Positions 24,816 through 37,200 of a stretch of DNA of 64,000 nt are shown here, in pieces. Below the pieces are notes generated by a model. The model did not search any database and was not told the DNA's origin. It saw nothing but the letters and a program-made list of their open reading frames with translations. Origin of the DNA: Kondoa subrosea (taxonomy: Eukaryota); contig BCIN01000008.1 in assembly GCA_039545335.1 (NCBI GenBank), positions 569,528 through 633,527 on the forward strand. The letters are read 5' to 3'. The number at the start of each line of letters is the position of its first letter. The first letter of the stretch is position 1. Position numbers and translations under genes: made by a program.

Positions 24816-25492
24816 AGTTATTGCACACGGGCAATTGTCGAAGAATGTGTTGACTTGCATCGTCGACCTAAATCTGGCACTAATACGCAGGAATGGACTA
24901 GAAAGGGTCTCTGCACGTTGCATCCCTGGCTATGTCTACTTCTATGGCTTCATTTCATTGAGGCATTTGCATCAATATCTTCCATTCAATTGTCAAAGCC
25001 TCTCGAACAGGCCAGCAGAAGCTGCTATACATGCTCGCGCTCAATAGCTGAGCATAACACAACTAGCCTTGATGCCCGCTCGCTTTCGATCGTTTGCCAG
25101 CACATTTGCTGCTTTAAGATTCCCCGGGCTCTATAGCCAACCTTTCGCACTCAGCTGTCGGTTCTGCTCCCATCCTCTTCACTGATTCTTGCTCTCGAGG
25201 TCGTCCTACCTTATTCAGACGATCAGTGACGCTGTTTGGGCTGTCGATTGCTTTTGCTGAATCGACATACTATGTAACCAGAGCAACACATACAACGCAC
25301 TACTGCGCCATATATGTCTTGAATTGTGCTACAGTCTATCAAATCACTTAATACGAGGCAAGTAAATCCTAAATCAAGATAGGGGCCGTTCTCATTACCT
25401 TCGAATGATTGTTACATCGGCGAACAGCTGACTCAAATCGCCTCTCCATTGGCTATTCTCTGACTATGCTGCGTAATAATCTACTAGTGCTC

Positions 25493-25520
25493 TTTCTCGT
25501 CAACCATTTCTCGTCAACCA
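25493..25520 (+). repeat. Perfect 14-bp tandem duplication (TTTCTCGTCAACCA)x2 abutting an ATG
   Basis: Read directly from the sequence; the last A of the second copy is the A of the ATG at 25520. Confidence 0.85.
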
Positions 25521-26496
25521 TGAACACTACCCTTAGAAAGCCAAGTGAGTTGTGCCCATGTTTGACTCAGCAGGGACTGATTCCTCTTTCAGGAAGTACA
25601 GCCTTCGTGAGTCCACTGACGTGGCGGAAATTAAATCTCATTCAGTGGTTAATCCGTTCAGGCTTGCCAGAACTGCAAAGTACAGAAGAAACGGTGTCAA
25701 GGTAAATCAAAGGATAGCCCTTGTGAGTCCCCTTTTCCGATTGATGATCACTACGCTGATACTCGTCCATAGGTCAACGATGTCAGAAGCGGGGGATTCA
25801 TTGTGTGCCATACACTCAAAAGGTGATTTTCCGAAGCAGCTAGCCTGACTACATCTCATGCTGGTAGTCACAGGCGTCAGTTTCCTCTACGTCGGCGCAA
25901 AGCACACCGACTTCTCCTATTGCGATCGTGGCGAGACAATTGTCTGATACCTCGCCAAACATGCCATCTCTCGATTATGGTCGTTCCTACTCGCCCGACA
26001 GCCCATTCTTAGCAGATCTGGCAGACAATTGGCATCCAGAACATCATATCGATCATTTTGGGCCATCACCTTCCCGCGGGTATGAAGATCAAGCATTCTT
26101 CGCGCCAATGCAATCTGGTTCTAGCTTGCACAACTTCAATTCCGGTACTGGCACTTCCATGCTCGATTCTGCTCACTATGATCGCTATTGGTCACACTCT
26201 GGTACATCAATTGTCGGTATCAATGATGTCAAAGAACCTGTTGCAGCGAAGTTCACTATGCATGGTTTGGAGGATCCAGAACAAGATCGCTGGCAAGGCC
26301 AATTGTTGCGAGAATTATTCCCTTCAGAGCAGCCAGTAACTCGCGTGCAAAGGGGATTTGATTCGAATTTGGAAGCTGATTTTGACAGGCAAGTCTTTAC
26401 TTCATTATTCTGCCTATTGCTAACGTAGTCCATAGCTTTGGCTTCTCTGATACCATCTCGCCTCAATCTATTGAAGCGTTGCGACGAGAGCGATAA
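25520..26496 (+). CDS. Hypothetical protein
   Basis: MNTTLRKP|RKYSLRES...; long exon near 25880-26388; GC-AG intron 26389-26435; ends ...EALRRER*. Confidence 0.5.
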
Positions 26497-26990
26497 CATT
26501 CGTCGCAACAACCTCGGCTCTTGTCAATACGCCCCTGCCTGTACAACAATCAATTGGCTACTGTAAATTAGCTGTACCACAACTTGTATCAACTTCTGGC
26601 TCAATCTACGTTTATGGAAAAAAGAACAGCGTGTGTACAGAATGTGTTTCGTCGAGGGGTTTGTCTCTTAGGCGCCTTTGATGCTCTTTGACCCCTCTTG
26701 AACTTTATCGCTCAAGAGAACTTTCTTTACTTCTTCCTATCGCGTAAGATTGATTCTTCGCCGATGTCTGCACTATTTTCCTTTTCAGTGTTTTCCTCTT
26801 TCCTCTACTCTCATTTACTTCTTGACGTGTTCCCCTCCTGCGATATCTGCCTCCGCGTTCAACTAGCATGGGCAAATTACAAAATACCAAAGGTTCGTTC
26901 CAAGCAAGGCTCTTGTAGGCGCAGCTGATTCTGTGACAGCTCAGGGTACCTTTGTGAGCTGCTATTGCGCCAACCTCATCGTTTCATATC

Positions 26991-27860
26991 ATGAGCCGCA
27001 CACAGGCATGCGATTTCTGCACCCAACAGCGCAAGAGATGCGAGATAGGCAAACCTTGTACTCGGTGCAAGGAAAGAGGAACAGCCTGCGTTACAACAGT
27101 CGGAACAGTCAGTACTAAACTTACGCTCAATATACAAGCTGAGACATTGACAGGCATCACAAAGAGCTGCTGCTGCGGTTCGAGCTATGCAAGACGATAT
27201 CGATGACTCACTAAGACACTTGCAAATGAAGAGCGAAGCATTCGAAGAGATGATGAAGAACAAGAATCGGTCTTACATTCCAGCCGAAGACATGGTCTCA
27301 TACTCGTCGAACGATGATTTCCTTTCTTCGTCTTACAAGCGCAAAGATCCACCTATGTCTCGCACTTCTGCTCCAATTCCATCATTCTTGACTTATACTG
27401 ATCAAAATTGGTCCGAACACGGCATCGGCACTGCTGATCAAGCTACTACCCCTTCATCTCCATCTGCTACCAATCACTTTTCTTCTACACCTACTTGGAC
27501 CAGTCCTACTCTTGCTGATCCTCTTTCGAACAACCTTCCAATTTTCAATATCAGCCTAGGATCAGAAACGAGTTGGGCTCAGGAAGATCTTTATGCGTAT
27601 GAGACTGGTAAAGCGAGAAGAGTGGAAGCAGGTTGGTCATGCATGAGATCTACGGTGATCAAAATCAGGCCATGAGTTCGTTACTGCTTGCTCGCCGAAT
27701 TGACAAATATACTGATTTCTCGTGGCAGTGTACAATAACAATTGCGGAAGAGGCTTCTAGCAAGTATACTTATCTCCTGCTATGGTATCGGTATCAATGT
27801 ATTGCTGGCAATATGTTGACTATACACAGAATCAATTTTTTGGCTCAAATTCTGCTTTAA
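26991..27860 (+). CDS. Zn(II)2Cys6 transcription factor (short)
   Basis: ACDFCTQQRKRCEIGKPCTRCKERGTAC matches CX2CX6CX5CX2CX6C; the 3' end is uncertain. Confidence 0.8.
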
Positions 27861-28556
27861 CTTCCTTGCTCTTTTCCTTTCTCTCTCTGCTTCCAACTAC
27901 CAACTGTCCAATAGGCATGTCTCGGATGTGTTCCAATCATGTCCAGCAAGTCATCCTCTCGAGCAATACACTTCGCGACTTCTTCTTCTAATGTGCTCAA
28001 TCAAGTCTCTTTGTATTACACCTCATCCTGTTGTGGCTATGAGCGATAGCAACTGAAGGCTCTGTATTATTGATCTGTCCTTGACTACACAACGGGTCGC
28101 GTTTGAAACATGATCGATCTCTGATCTTCGTCTGACTATCGCACGTAGTACACAACATTGCGGACTACCGTCTTCTCTGAAACCCATGTGCTGAGCGGGA
28201 AACATGGTCAGATGCTGCCTACGTCAATACCAAGAGAAGCGGGAATCTAATCATTCAGGTAAAACCTGCCCGCTCTCAGGGCACCACTAAGTGACAGCCA
28301 GTGACGAAGTCGCAAGGCCCCTTTTGACCTGATACCTTGAACCTGTACCTTGAGCGCAACCGCGTTAGTACGGCTAAACTTGGAATTAGATAGATTGGCA
28401 AGCGTTGGACTAGTACTACAGCCACGAGGCCAGTTTCCTTCCGTGTTCTTGAATTCGGTTGCATAAGCTGTGCCCCTTGGATCTGGACCACCACAACATC
28501 ACCTCCGCTTTCTCTGGTCCCAGACCAATCATCTACTTTCGAATTTCCACATTACA

Positions 28557-30597
28557 ATGGCTGCTCAAACTATGACTTTGCAATCTCGCAAGTCTGGCTC
28601 AGCTCAACACAACAGCTCATCAAAGACTGGTCTCAAGCGCAATACTTCTACTCCCCGCTTGCATTCGTCGACAAATCTCGCAACTGCAGAAGGCGTCTCG
28701 CATCAAATGTCTGCGAACAAGAAGAAAGGGTCTCGCTCGTCTGCCAATCTAGCTAGCCTCAATATGTCGTCCACCACCGCTGCTACAAATCCCTCTACCG
28801 CTGCTGCTGGAACACAGGTACACAGGGAAGTTGATCATCAGTCACATGGTGTTCGACGCAAATCAGCCGATTTCTCACATAAGAAGCGAGGATCGTCAAC
28901 TGCTTCACTCAAACAGCTTGCGAACGAAGCAGCAGCTCTAGGCTTTGCAGTCGCGCCAAATCCGTCCAATAGAGGCAAACCGCGAAATAAAGAGAAAGTC
29001 ACCTCACCTTCGCATTCTCAATCTACAGATGAAGCAGATGGTTGGGTTAGCGCACAGACGTCAGATAGCGAATCGGCTGCTCAATCACCTGCTGAAGTCA
29101 CTCCACCCACTTCGGCAAATTCCTCTGCTACTGAACAGAAAACAAGTCAGGCAGTGCAAGAAGGTTTCGAACAGCAATCACAGCCCGAACCTGCTCCATC
29201 TCAACTGGCTACTACACCTAAAGCCACCACTCCGCGCAAACCAACAACCTTACCAGCTATTCAAACCCATTCTCCTGCTCTTCCATCTGACACAACTCAA
29301 CCATCTCGACCAGCTCAGATCAAGCGCAAATCTTCAACAGCCTCTACTCTAGCTCCTTCTATTCGATCCATCTCTTCTTTCGCTCGAAACGGTCCACCTA
29401 CACCTCGAAATATGCGTCAGCCAGCCGCTGCTTTGACACCCTTCCTGGATACCAGTACTACAACTCAAGGCAAGATGGTGGAAGATTTAGAGTGGCCTCA
29501 ATCTACCAGTCCAGAACAAGAATCTCAGCAGAATCCGACTCAGAGGAGACATGTTCGAACTGCTAGTTCTGCTTCAGTCAGGACTGAAGGGGGTACTTCT
29601 GATCTGACAAGAAGGTTAAGAGAGGCCTCAGGAGTAATGAGTGGACCAAATGAAAGGAAAAGAGCGGCTTCTGGTTCGGATGGGTTGAAATCGTCCACGA
29701 GCGGATATTTTGGTACTTTGAGGAATTTCGCCAAATCTTCAGCTTCCCTCGTCTCTATGACTAAAGACTCAAATTCACCTTTGGCTACTCCTGGTGCTGA
29801 ACACTCGACAGCTTCAAATGGCTTCAGTGATGCTTTACGTAAAATTTCACCTGGCGCTTTATACAACTCTACACGAGGCAAATCTGCTTCCTCGAGTTCG
29901 CATCCCAACACACCTCTTATCTCCAAATTTATTTCTCCTTCAAGTACTTCTCCCTTGGAAAGTTATCGAACTTGCCGATCAAGAAGACCCTCTCAAGCTA
30001 CTGATTCCTCGCCACCTGAAAATCAAGGAGCAGGAGGTCCACAAAGAAGAGAAATGGCTTGTTCTCGAAAACTCATGATGCAAAAACATGCACCTTTAGC
30101 ACCAGTTCCACCTATACATAACGCAAGAGGTGCAGCACTTCTGCCACCCAACCCATCTTCTTCTGCATTGAATCTAGCTCAACATTTCTCACCTCATTCT
30201 CCGACTGAGAATCAGCAACAACAGGAATTTCATTTGAATGAACCGGAAGAAAAGTTGCAGACACAAATGATTATGCGTACTTGGGCAATTTCAATGATGC
30301 GTGAAGCGGAAAGGATTGAGAAGGAACATGATGCGATTATGAGATGGAGAGATCCAGTGAAAGAATCTATGCAGAGGTGAGTTTTGCTTCTACTCGATCG
30401 AAACGAGAATGAGATGACTGATCGGATTCATTTGTATTAGGGTTTTGAAGAAGCGTGCGATGAAGGCAAAGACTGCTCAATTGCAGAAGCGTGATCAGAG
30501 GTATGTTTCTTGATTCATTGCGCGATACTCTCGCTGACGAAGCTCGAAACTATACAGTCCTCGACCCGGCAATCAGCGAGCCATGACTACTCGCTAA
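28557..30597 (+). CDS. Disordered Ser/Thr-rich protein with a Tco89-like (TORC1 subunit) C-terminal motif
   Basis: About 640 aa of low complexity; C-terminal 'SRKLMMQK...EAERIEKEHDAIMRWRDPVKESMQRVL' resembles the Tco89 motif (QKL.LQR...E...vRrfr.P...S..R). Confidence 0.55.
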
Positions 30598-31236
30598 ACT
30601 CAATTCTTCCGCATCGTCCTATACCTCCATACACCTATGTGAATTTCGCCTTAAGCCCTAATTCGACTTCCCTTAATTCTTTTGCAAATTGTTATTTTTC
30701 GCTTTCTTGTCAATATGCCACCATCACCTGTATACGCATTGGATAGCTTTTCCTGTACATACATACTGGCGCAAGATCAATCGATGATGCAAAAGAAGCT
30801 GGATCTTCTCAAAATTGGCTCTCGTTTCACACAAGCTCTGCAAGCCTTATTACAAAGACATGCTATTCAAGCTAGCCATCCTTAGTAAAGACGTAATTCG
30901 CTGAATACTAGTCAGCAAGTGATGTGATCGCTTCTATTGTAGCTTGTTGTTGTGGGCTTTCTCTTTTTTGGGTTATTGTAAAATCTCAAACAGTAGTAAT
31001 GGCAGTAATTTTCTTGCTATAGTAATATACGCAGATGCGATCTTCTTAGGCCGTTATCATGCAGAACACGGACTGTCATTAGATTACATAATAACCCTGC
31101 TTTACTTGCATCAACCGCTATAATCAAGGAGACTTCCGGTAGGCCCTTAATCGTGAGATCGCTGAAAGATCTGAACCGATTCCAGCAGCAACATATCTCG
31201 CACACATCGTATTTCCGCAAATACAGATCCAGTGGA

Positions 31237-32142
31237 ATGAACAAAGTACGCAAAGTAGCCCTATCTGCTGGTGCACTGTCTCGTCAGTACACGACGTCAG
31301 TCTTCCTTGCCATTGATTCCGTGTATGACTGACAATACAATCCATCCAGAGCTTCACATCATTCAGCTGAAAGCATTCTAACAGCGGCTCTCCCTCAAAT
31401 TCTGGAGACCGGTTTCACTCGAGACAGTATCTTTGCTGGTACACCTTCTCTCTCTTCTCAAACTCTTGAAGCTCTTTTTCCTTCTTCTTTACCTTCCGCC
31501 TTTCACGCCAAACTCTTCACTACTCTTCCACTGGGTCCAGAAAAAGCTCTACTAGATCGTTGGCTAGTGGAACAACGTTCTATTCTACTCAAAGAGTGTC
31601 AATCGCGAAAAGAAAGTGGTCCTGAATTGCTAAGATATGGAATACATTATCGATTAGGACTCAACGAACGCCTTGTACCCGCATTGAAGACTGCTATTCC
31701 TTTGTTATTCTCTTATTCGAGTCTTTTACCGAATCCGAAAGAGTTTACGAATCATGCGATGGATGTAGGAGGGGATTTGAGTCATGTAGCTTATCCTACT
31801 GCTCAAGGAGTACGTCTTCTCTCTGTCTCTCAAAAGCGAAGGGACGGAACTGATATACAGGACTTAGGAAGAATGGTATGCTTTACGAGGATCAATATCA
31901 GCTATCTATGCAGCAGCAGGTTTGTTCCCTCTTTACCTTGGTAAGATCATCTTTTCGCTCATCTTTACATAGAATTATATCAATTAGAAGATACATCGCC
32001 AGATAATATGGCAACCTATCGCTTTGCGGACAGGTTACTGCAGAGAAGGGAAAGCGTGACAAGGGTTGTCGCAAATACAACTCAATTTGGGACGTATGTG
32101 GTCAAGGGCATGCAAGGGATATTCAATGCGCGATTCAGCTGA
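31237..32142 (+). CDS. COQ9: Ubiquinone biosynthesis lipid-binding protein Coq9
   Basis: Presequence MNKVRKVALSAGALSRQY; ILTAALPQI.ETGFT; spliced GDLSH...EEWYALRGSISAIYAAAELYQLEDTSPDNMATYRFADR matches the Coq9 WY..R..l..IY...EL...D.S....T..F..R motif. Confidence 0.85.
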
Positions 32143-32244
32143 TGTGATAGGCCGTATGAATGCATAAAAGGTGAAGGAGATGCTCGATAACGTAATCAAC
32201 GCGTTCCTTTATTCAGATTATGATCATGGTTGTCCTTAACTATC

Positions 32245-33345
32245 ATGCGGCCGTTCAAAGACAGAGATGAATTCTATGAGCGGAAGGCGCGCTATGGCAA
32301 TCTTCCATTCTCTGCGCTGGAGACAACGCGAAGTAGATTCGCGGTGTTGAAGATGCCGATAGAAAGACAAATCCATTACCCAATCGCCTTCAGAATAGTG
32401 CACTTCACTTTTGATCTGCATGGACCAGATCTTGACGGAGAGCAAATGGAGATGGCGCGTTCTCTTTGCATTCGCGACGTTCTGTCGGAAAATATAGAAC
32501 TGGTCATGTCGCAAATCAAAATTATCGGTCTGCCTGGGCAGGCTAGCGAGATTGCATGGAGGCTACTTCAAATGATTGTTCTCTGTATGTTTCAGCACTA
32601 ATTTAGGATGGTTCTGGCAAAAGCTGATCTTGGAAATTGAAAGATGGGAACGACGCGATGGCCAGCTTGGATTCAGTTTTAAGCAGAGAGATCGCCACAG
32701 TATATATAAGGCATATGTTCATGGTTCATTTGCCTGCTTTGGTGCAACCGTGGAATCCAAGCATGGTTCTGGACCGTTTGCTAAACCTCGATACATGTTT
32801 AAGGCGCAATCCATCGGCAGGAGATCAAGCTCTACGCATCCCTGGAGTATTGGACCAAAGCACTGCTATGCTTCAGACTGCTACAGAACGCGCCTCCAAC
32901 GTACAAATCTTTCGCAAGAGCTTGTGAACATCATCACTATAGCTTATAACATAGCGCTCCTATTGAACATTCCTCTGCACTCCAACAATCTGCTTACCAA
33001 GAGTCTCAACGAACAAGTCTTTCCGGCTTCAAAAATCCCTCTGATTCGACCTTATTCCACGCTGCGCGAACGACATCAAGCTCTAATACGTCACGGAGGT
33101 GCCTTAGAGCCAGGCAAAAGTACATGGATGCACAAATGTGTATGCAGTGTGGGAAATTTCGATACCCTCGATCCGACTTTCCAACGCCGGAACCAGAACG
33201 AAGCCTCAAGTTCAGTAGATGCGGTTATTGCAATGTGTTTATGACTTGCTCGGCTGCATGTTTTGCCTTGGCGTGGAAGAATGGACATAAAGTCAAATGT
33301 CATCGATTGCATAAAGCGAGATTGGAGAAGGAAGGAAAGGCTTGA
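32245..33345 (+). CDS. MYND-type zinc-finger protein (exon structure uncertain)
   Basis: C-terminal CMQCGK...RCGYC...TCSAACFALAWKNGHKVKC; upstream coding-like ORFs change frame at sites where I could not find clean introns. Confidence 0.6.
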
Positions 33346-34212
33346 GCAAGAGCGAAGAAATGTAGTTTCTGATACAGATGAAGGTTCGCGAAAGCGTGAG
33401 CTTGAAGTATTTGAAATCGAGGTGCGATTGCTGATGCTTGAATAGACTGAATAACAACCGCCGCATGCTCGAGATCTATATCCTCGGCATGAACTGCAAT
33501 AGGAAGTGTGCTTACAGGTTTGTCTCACTGATCAAGTTCGAGCTTTATCCCGCTCATATTGTGCTTTATCGACTAGTACCTTCTTCGAATGATCGCACGT
33601 CAATCTATGATCGCGTAGACAGACTACCAAAGAGTCATCTGAGCGCGTCTCTGATTTCGTAATTGGGGACATTTGTCTCGACAGCACGCAAAGAAATCAG
33701 TTCGCATTGATCAATATTACTAGCATACTTGAGACTTTCACGCTATGGTTACTGACTGACTACCTCATCGCTTCGCCTGTCGCCTCCAAATTTTCTCTTT
33801 CTTGAACATCGACTTTGACTAATACTTTTAGACCCTTGTGTGTTCCGGCACAGCATCAAGAGCTTCATGCATTGGCATGTGTAAAAGGTAAATAGCTCCT
33901 TCCCTGCTTCGCCATCCCATTCTGTCTTTCAACCAAGATGAACACAATTTTTCAATTTATCTACATTAGATTAAGGAGTTCCATTAGGAGCTACCTCATG
34001 TATATACAAATCTATGCGTTAACACCCCTCTGAGCTACACTCTCTACTGGTCGACTGCTTGTTGGAAAGGCCCATGCTGATACTCGGACTGCGTGTATTT
34101 AGGGTAACAAAGGAAGACAGGAAAGGATGCTTTGACAATGGATAAATGCTATAGTGAAAACGAATGTACAATCCAATGGTGACAATGCGATAAAATGCAA
34201 TACATGTTTGCT

Positions 34213-37200
34213 TTACTCGAACTCATTCGCATACCTGCTTCGATATTAGCAAGGCTTGATTTGAAAGAGACTCAATGACATACGTAGGAGCAACAGGCAA
34301 AGGTGGATAAGTTGAAGGATATTGAGGTAAAGGGTAGTCGGGCACAAGGTGCTGGTTCATCAAATCTTGAGGATGGTTCAAGAATGCTTCGGTGTCGTAA
34401 AGATTCGTTGAAGTAGATGCTTGGTATGGGTCTGAATAAGAATCAAAGAAGAGATTAGAATAAATCGGATGCATAAGAAGTAGACCAACCTTGGTAATCT
34501 TCGTAACAGCCATTCATGCCTAGCATGCCGTTCGTGCCATTACGAAGCATTGGCGGCGGTTGATCTTGTACAGGAATATTGTACTGTTCGAGTGCATTGA
34601 AGGCGGCATCGTGAAAGCCATTTGTATGTGTATGACTTTCCTTCACCTCAGGTTCAGGTTCGGGGGTAGCCAGCTTGATGCGTTTCTGACGATGACTCGA
34701 TGACTTCTTTGCAGCAGGAGAAGAAGACTTGACTACTGGCTCTTCGTCCAGGTAGCGAGCTGGCATTTTGCGTTTCCGACGACCGCTAACTTCTTCCACT
34801 TTGGGCTCCGGTTTTGACTCTAGCACCTCTTCTTCTGGCTCTGCTTCCGGTTCCAAAGCTTTTTGATGCGCTATCTCAACCTGGATTTGCTAGAGATTTC
34901 AGCATTAATTCATATTGAAGAGAAAATGCTAATGCACCTTTTCGAGCTTTGGCCAACCGCTGTCTGCCATCGATCCGTTCAGACGAGGGATATGGGGAAT
35001 GATAGCGTCATCTCCTTCGTCGTAATCATCTGCATTATCTTCTCTTGGAGAAGTAGCCTCGAAAGAGACGTCGAGCTGAGGCTCTTCATCGTATACAGGT
35101 GGTAATGAGACTTTCTTCGGCCTGCCGATTGGTTTGCCTGATTTTGTAGCTTTGACTTTAGCTTTTGGTTTGGGTTTTGGTTTTGTTTTTGTAGCTTTAC
35201 CCTTGGCTTGGGCAGGCGCTGTTGCAGTTTTTGAGCTTTTCGTTGTACCACGCTTGACTGGAATCGCTGGTGGTAAAAGATTAATCGGACCAAGAAAAGA
35301 TGAACGAGTAAGAGCGTCGACACGACGAGCCCGACGGATAAGTGGGGTAGTTTCTGGTTGCGAAGCATCCTTCGAAGTTTCGACGAAGGTTTGTAGAGAG
35401 GTCTAGATGCGACAATTTAGACATGAAGGATCTACTTGCTGGGTCACATCGTACTCACGAGCTTGGTCTCCGGATCCTTTTCTCCCAAGTCGAAGATGCG
35501 TCTTTGCGGATCTATTTTATGTGACTTGCACCAGACTTTCGCACGCATCATGCCTGTCTCGTTGATGAGCTGCATCTTCACAAAGATGTAAGTCTACATA
35601 CCACTACAATCTTTGAAATGTACTGTCTCGATGGTCTGTTTCATGTTCTTTTTCGGCGGTGGTGGTATCGGATCGAATTCGAAGCCAAACTTGTATCCAG
35701 CAGACCAAGCACAAGATACATGAAAAGTTTGCGTGCAGTCCGCGCAGTCTAAGCATGCTCCAACATCATTGAGTTTGCAGATGAAACAAGTCTGAGGCGA
35801 CAATCAGCATGGAAATCGTGTGTAGAGTGCTAGACAGCTTGCCTTCGCCCACTTATATGCGGGTATGACACTTGCTCCTTCGACAGGCCAAAAGAGTGTG
35901 GTATTTGTGAACACAGTTTCGAGATGCCAGATAGCACAGAGCAAGTGAATGAATCTGCAGCGAAGCTATCAGTCAAGCACCAACTTAAGCGCGTACGACA
36001 TACTGGTTCTGTTCCGTCCGCTTCAACACGTCTAAAGCACTCATAGGCTCTTTCACTTCCTTCTCGAGCTCTTTCTCATCTTCTTCTGCCTCGAATTCCG
36101 GACAAGCGACACAAATGTAGTCAATACACCTTTGCGGTTCTTTGAGACGTAAAGAAGTATCAGTAGAAGTAGTTGCCCATATGGCCTTGTCATCTTCTTT
36201 GTCTGCTTCTGCTGCAGCACATAGTTCACATCGCCATTCTTCTAAATCAGAGTCTTCTGCTATACCGTAGCAGGCAGTATGAGCTGGTAGTGTACACTTT
36301 TGACATAGCGCCAGAGAGACTCGTGGCTCCATTCGTTTGCAAAGAACGCACCTATTCAAGATCAGATCTCAACTTGTAAACATAATTTGAAAACTTACGG
36401 TTTGGGTGGAATGATAATTTTGGGAGGAGGCGGCGGTGGAGGCGATGGTTCTGGCGTTTTTGGTCGAGACACAGGCGCATTGCCAGGTTGGCCATTTTCA
36501 GCTTCTAACAATCTTGCTTTCGCTCGAACAGTAGCTTTAGTCGGTTTGCCAGCTCTGGGATCTTCCACAATCACAGCATCATTGCCGTCTGTTGTCTTTT
36601 CAGTAAAATAGCACCGAAGGGAGAACAAAGACCCCACAATGTCTCCATTGAATACTGCAATCTTGACAAAGCACTTTCTCTTTTTTGGTGAAGACCCATC
36701 CAACGGCCGAAGGACACCGAAACCATTCTGGAGACGTCTTGCCTTCACAAACAGCGCAAGGTCCATGTTTGCCTCTAGGCGGAGGAGTGCCAGCTCGAGA
36801 ACGAGCATCTAGGTCTTGGTCTTCAGCGCCGTCATCTTCCGCTTCTTGTAAAGATAGATGAGGTTTAGACGAAGCGTATTTATCATCTTCCTGTCTAGCA
36901 TCTTGCATATTTTGACTGAAAAAAAAGCACATCAATCTAGGTAAATTGAAAAGCAAATGTTCACCACTTGCATTTGTGGCCGACACACGTAAACAAAGTT
37001 GACAACATCAGCTACAGTCTTTTTGGACAGTTTAGCAGCGATTTCTTCCAAATCATCTTGCCATTGCTCGATGCCAGCATCGACTTTTGATTTCTCAGAA
37101 TCTGTCCAGAAAGGAATGTCCAGATCTTCTTGTTCCAAAGCAGTAACTTTGTTGTAAGCTGTTTCTTGATCTGAGGTCCAGTATTGAATTGCTCGATCGA

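Noticed and set aside
28321..28365. ATACCTTGAACCTG resembling part of a TPP riboswitch
   Set aside because: No properly placed CTGAGA and no P5 stem-loop; the neighbours are not thiamine genes.
30682..31230. Short ORF MPPSPVYAL... as the 5' end of one long gene running to the MYND finger
   Set aside because: The middle portion is a self-contained COQ9 with its own presequence and stop; the short ORF has no support.
31930..31960. In-frame TAA between ORF 31567-31944 and the downstream DHLFAHLYIELYQ frame
   Set aside because: The stop falls inside a COQ9 intron; splicing restores the conserved motif.
33640..33700. AATGTCCCC on the minus strand resembling RNase MRP CR-I
   Set aside because: No matching CR-V (GGGGCT) partner downstream.
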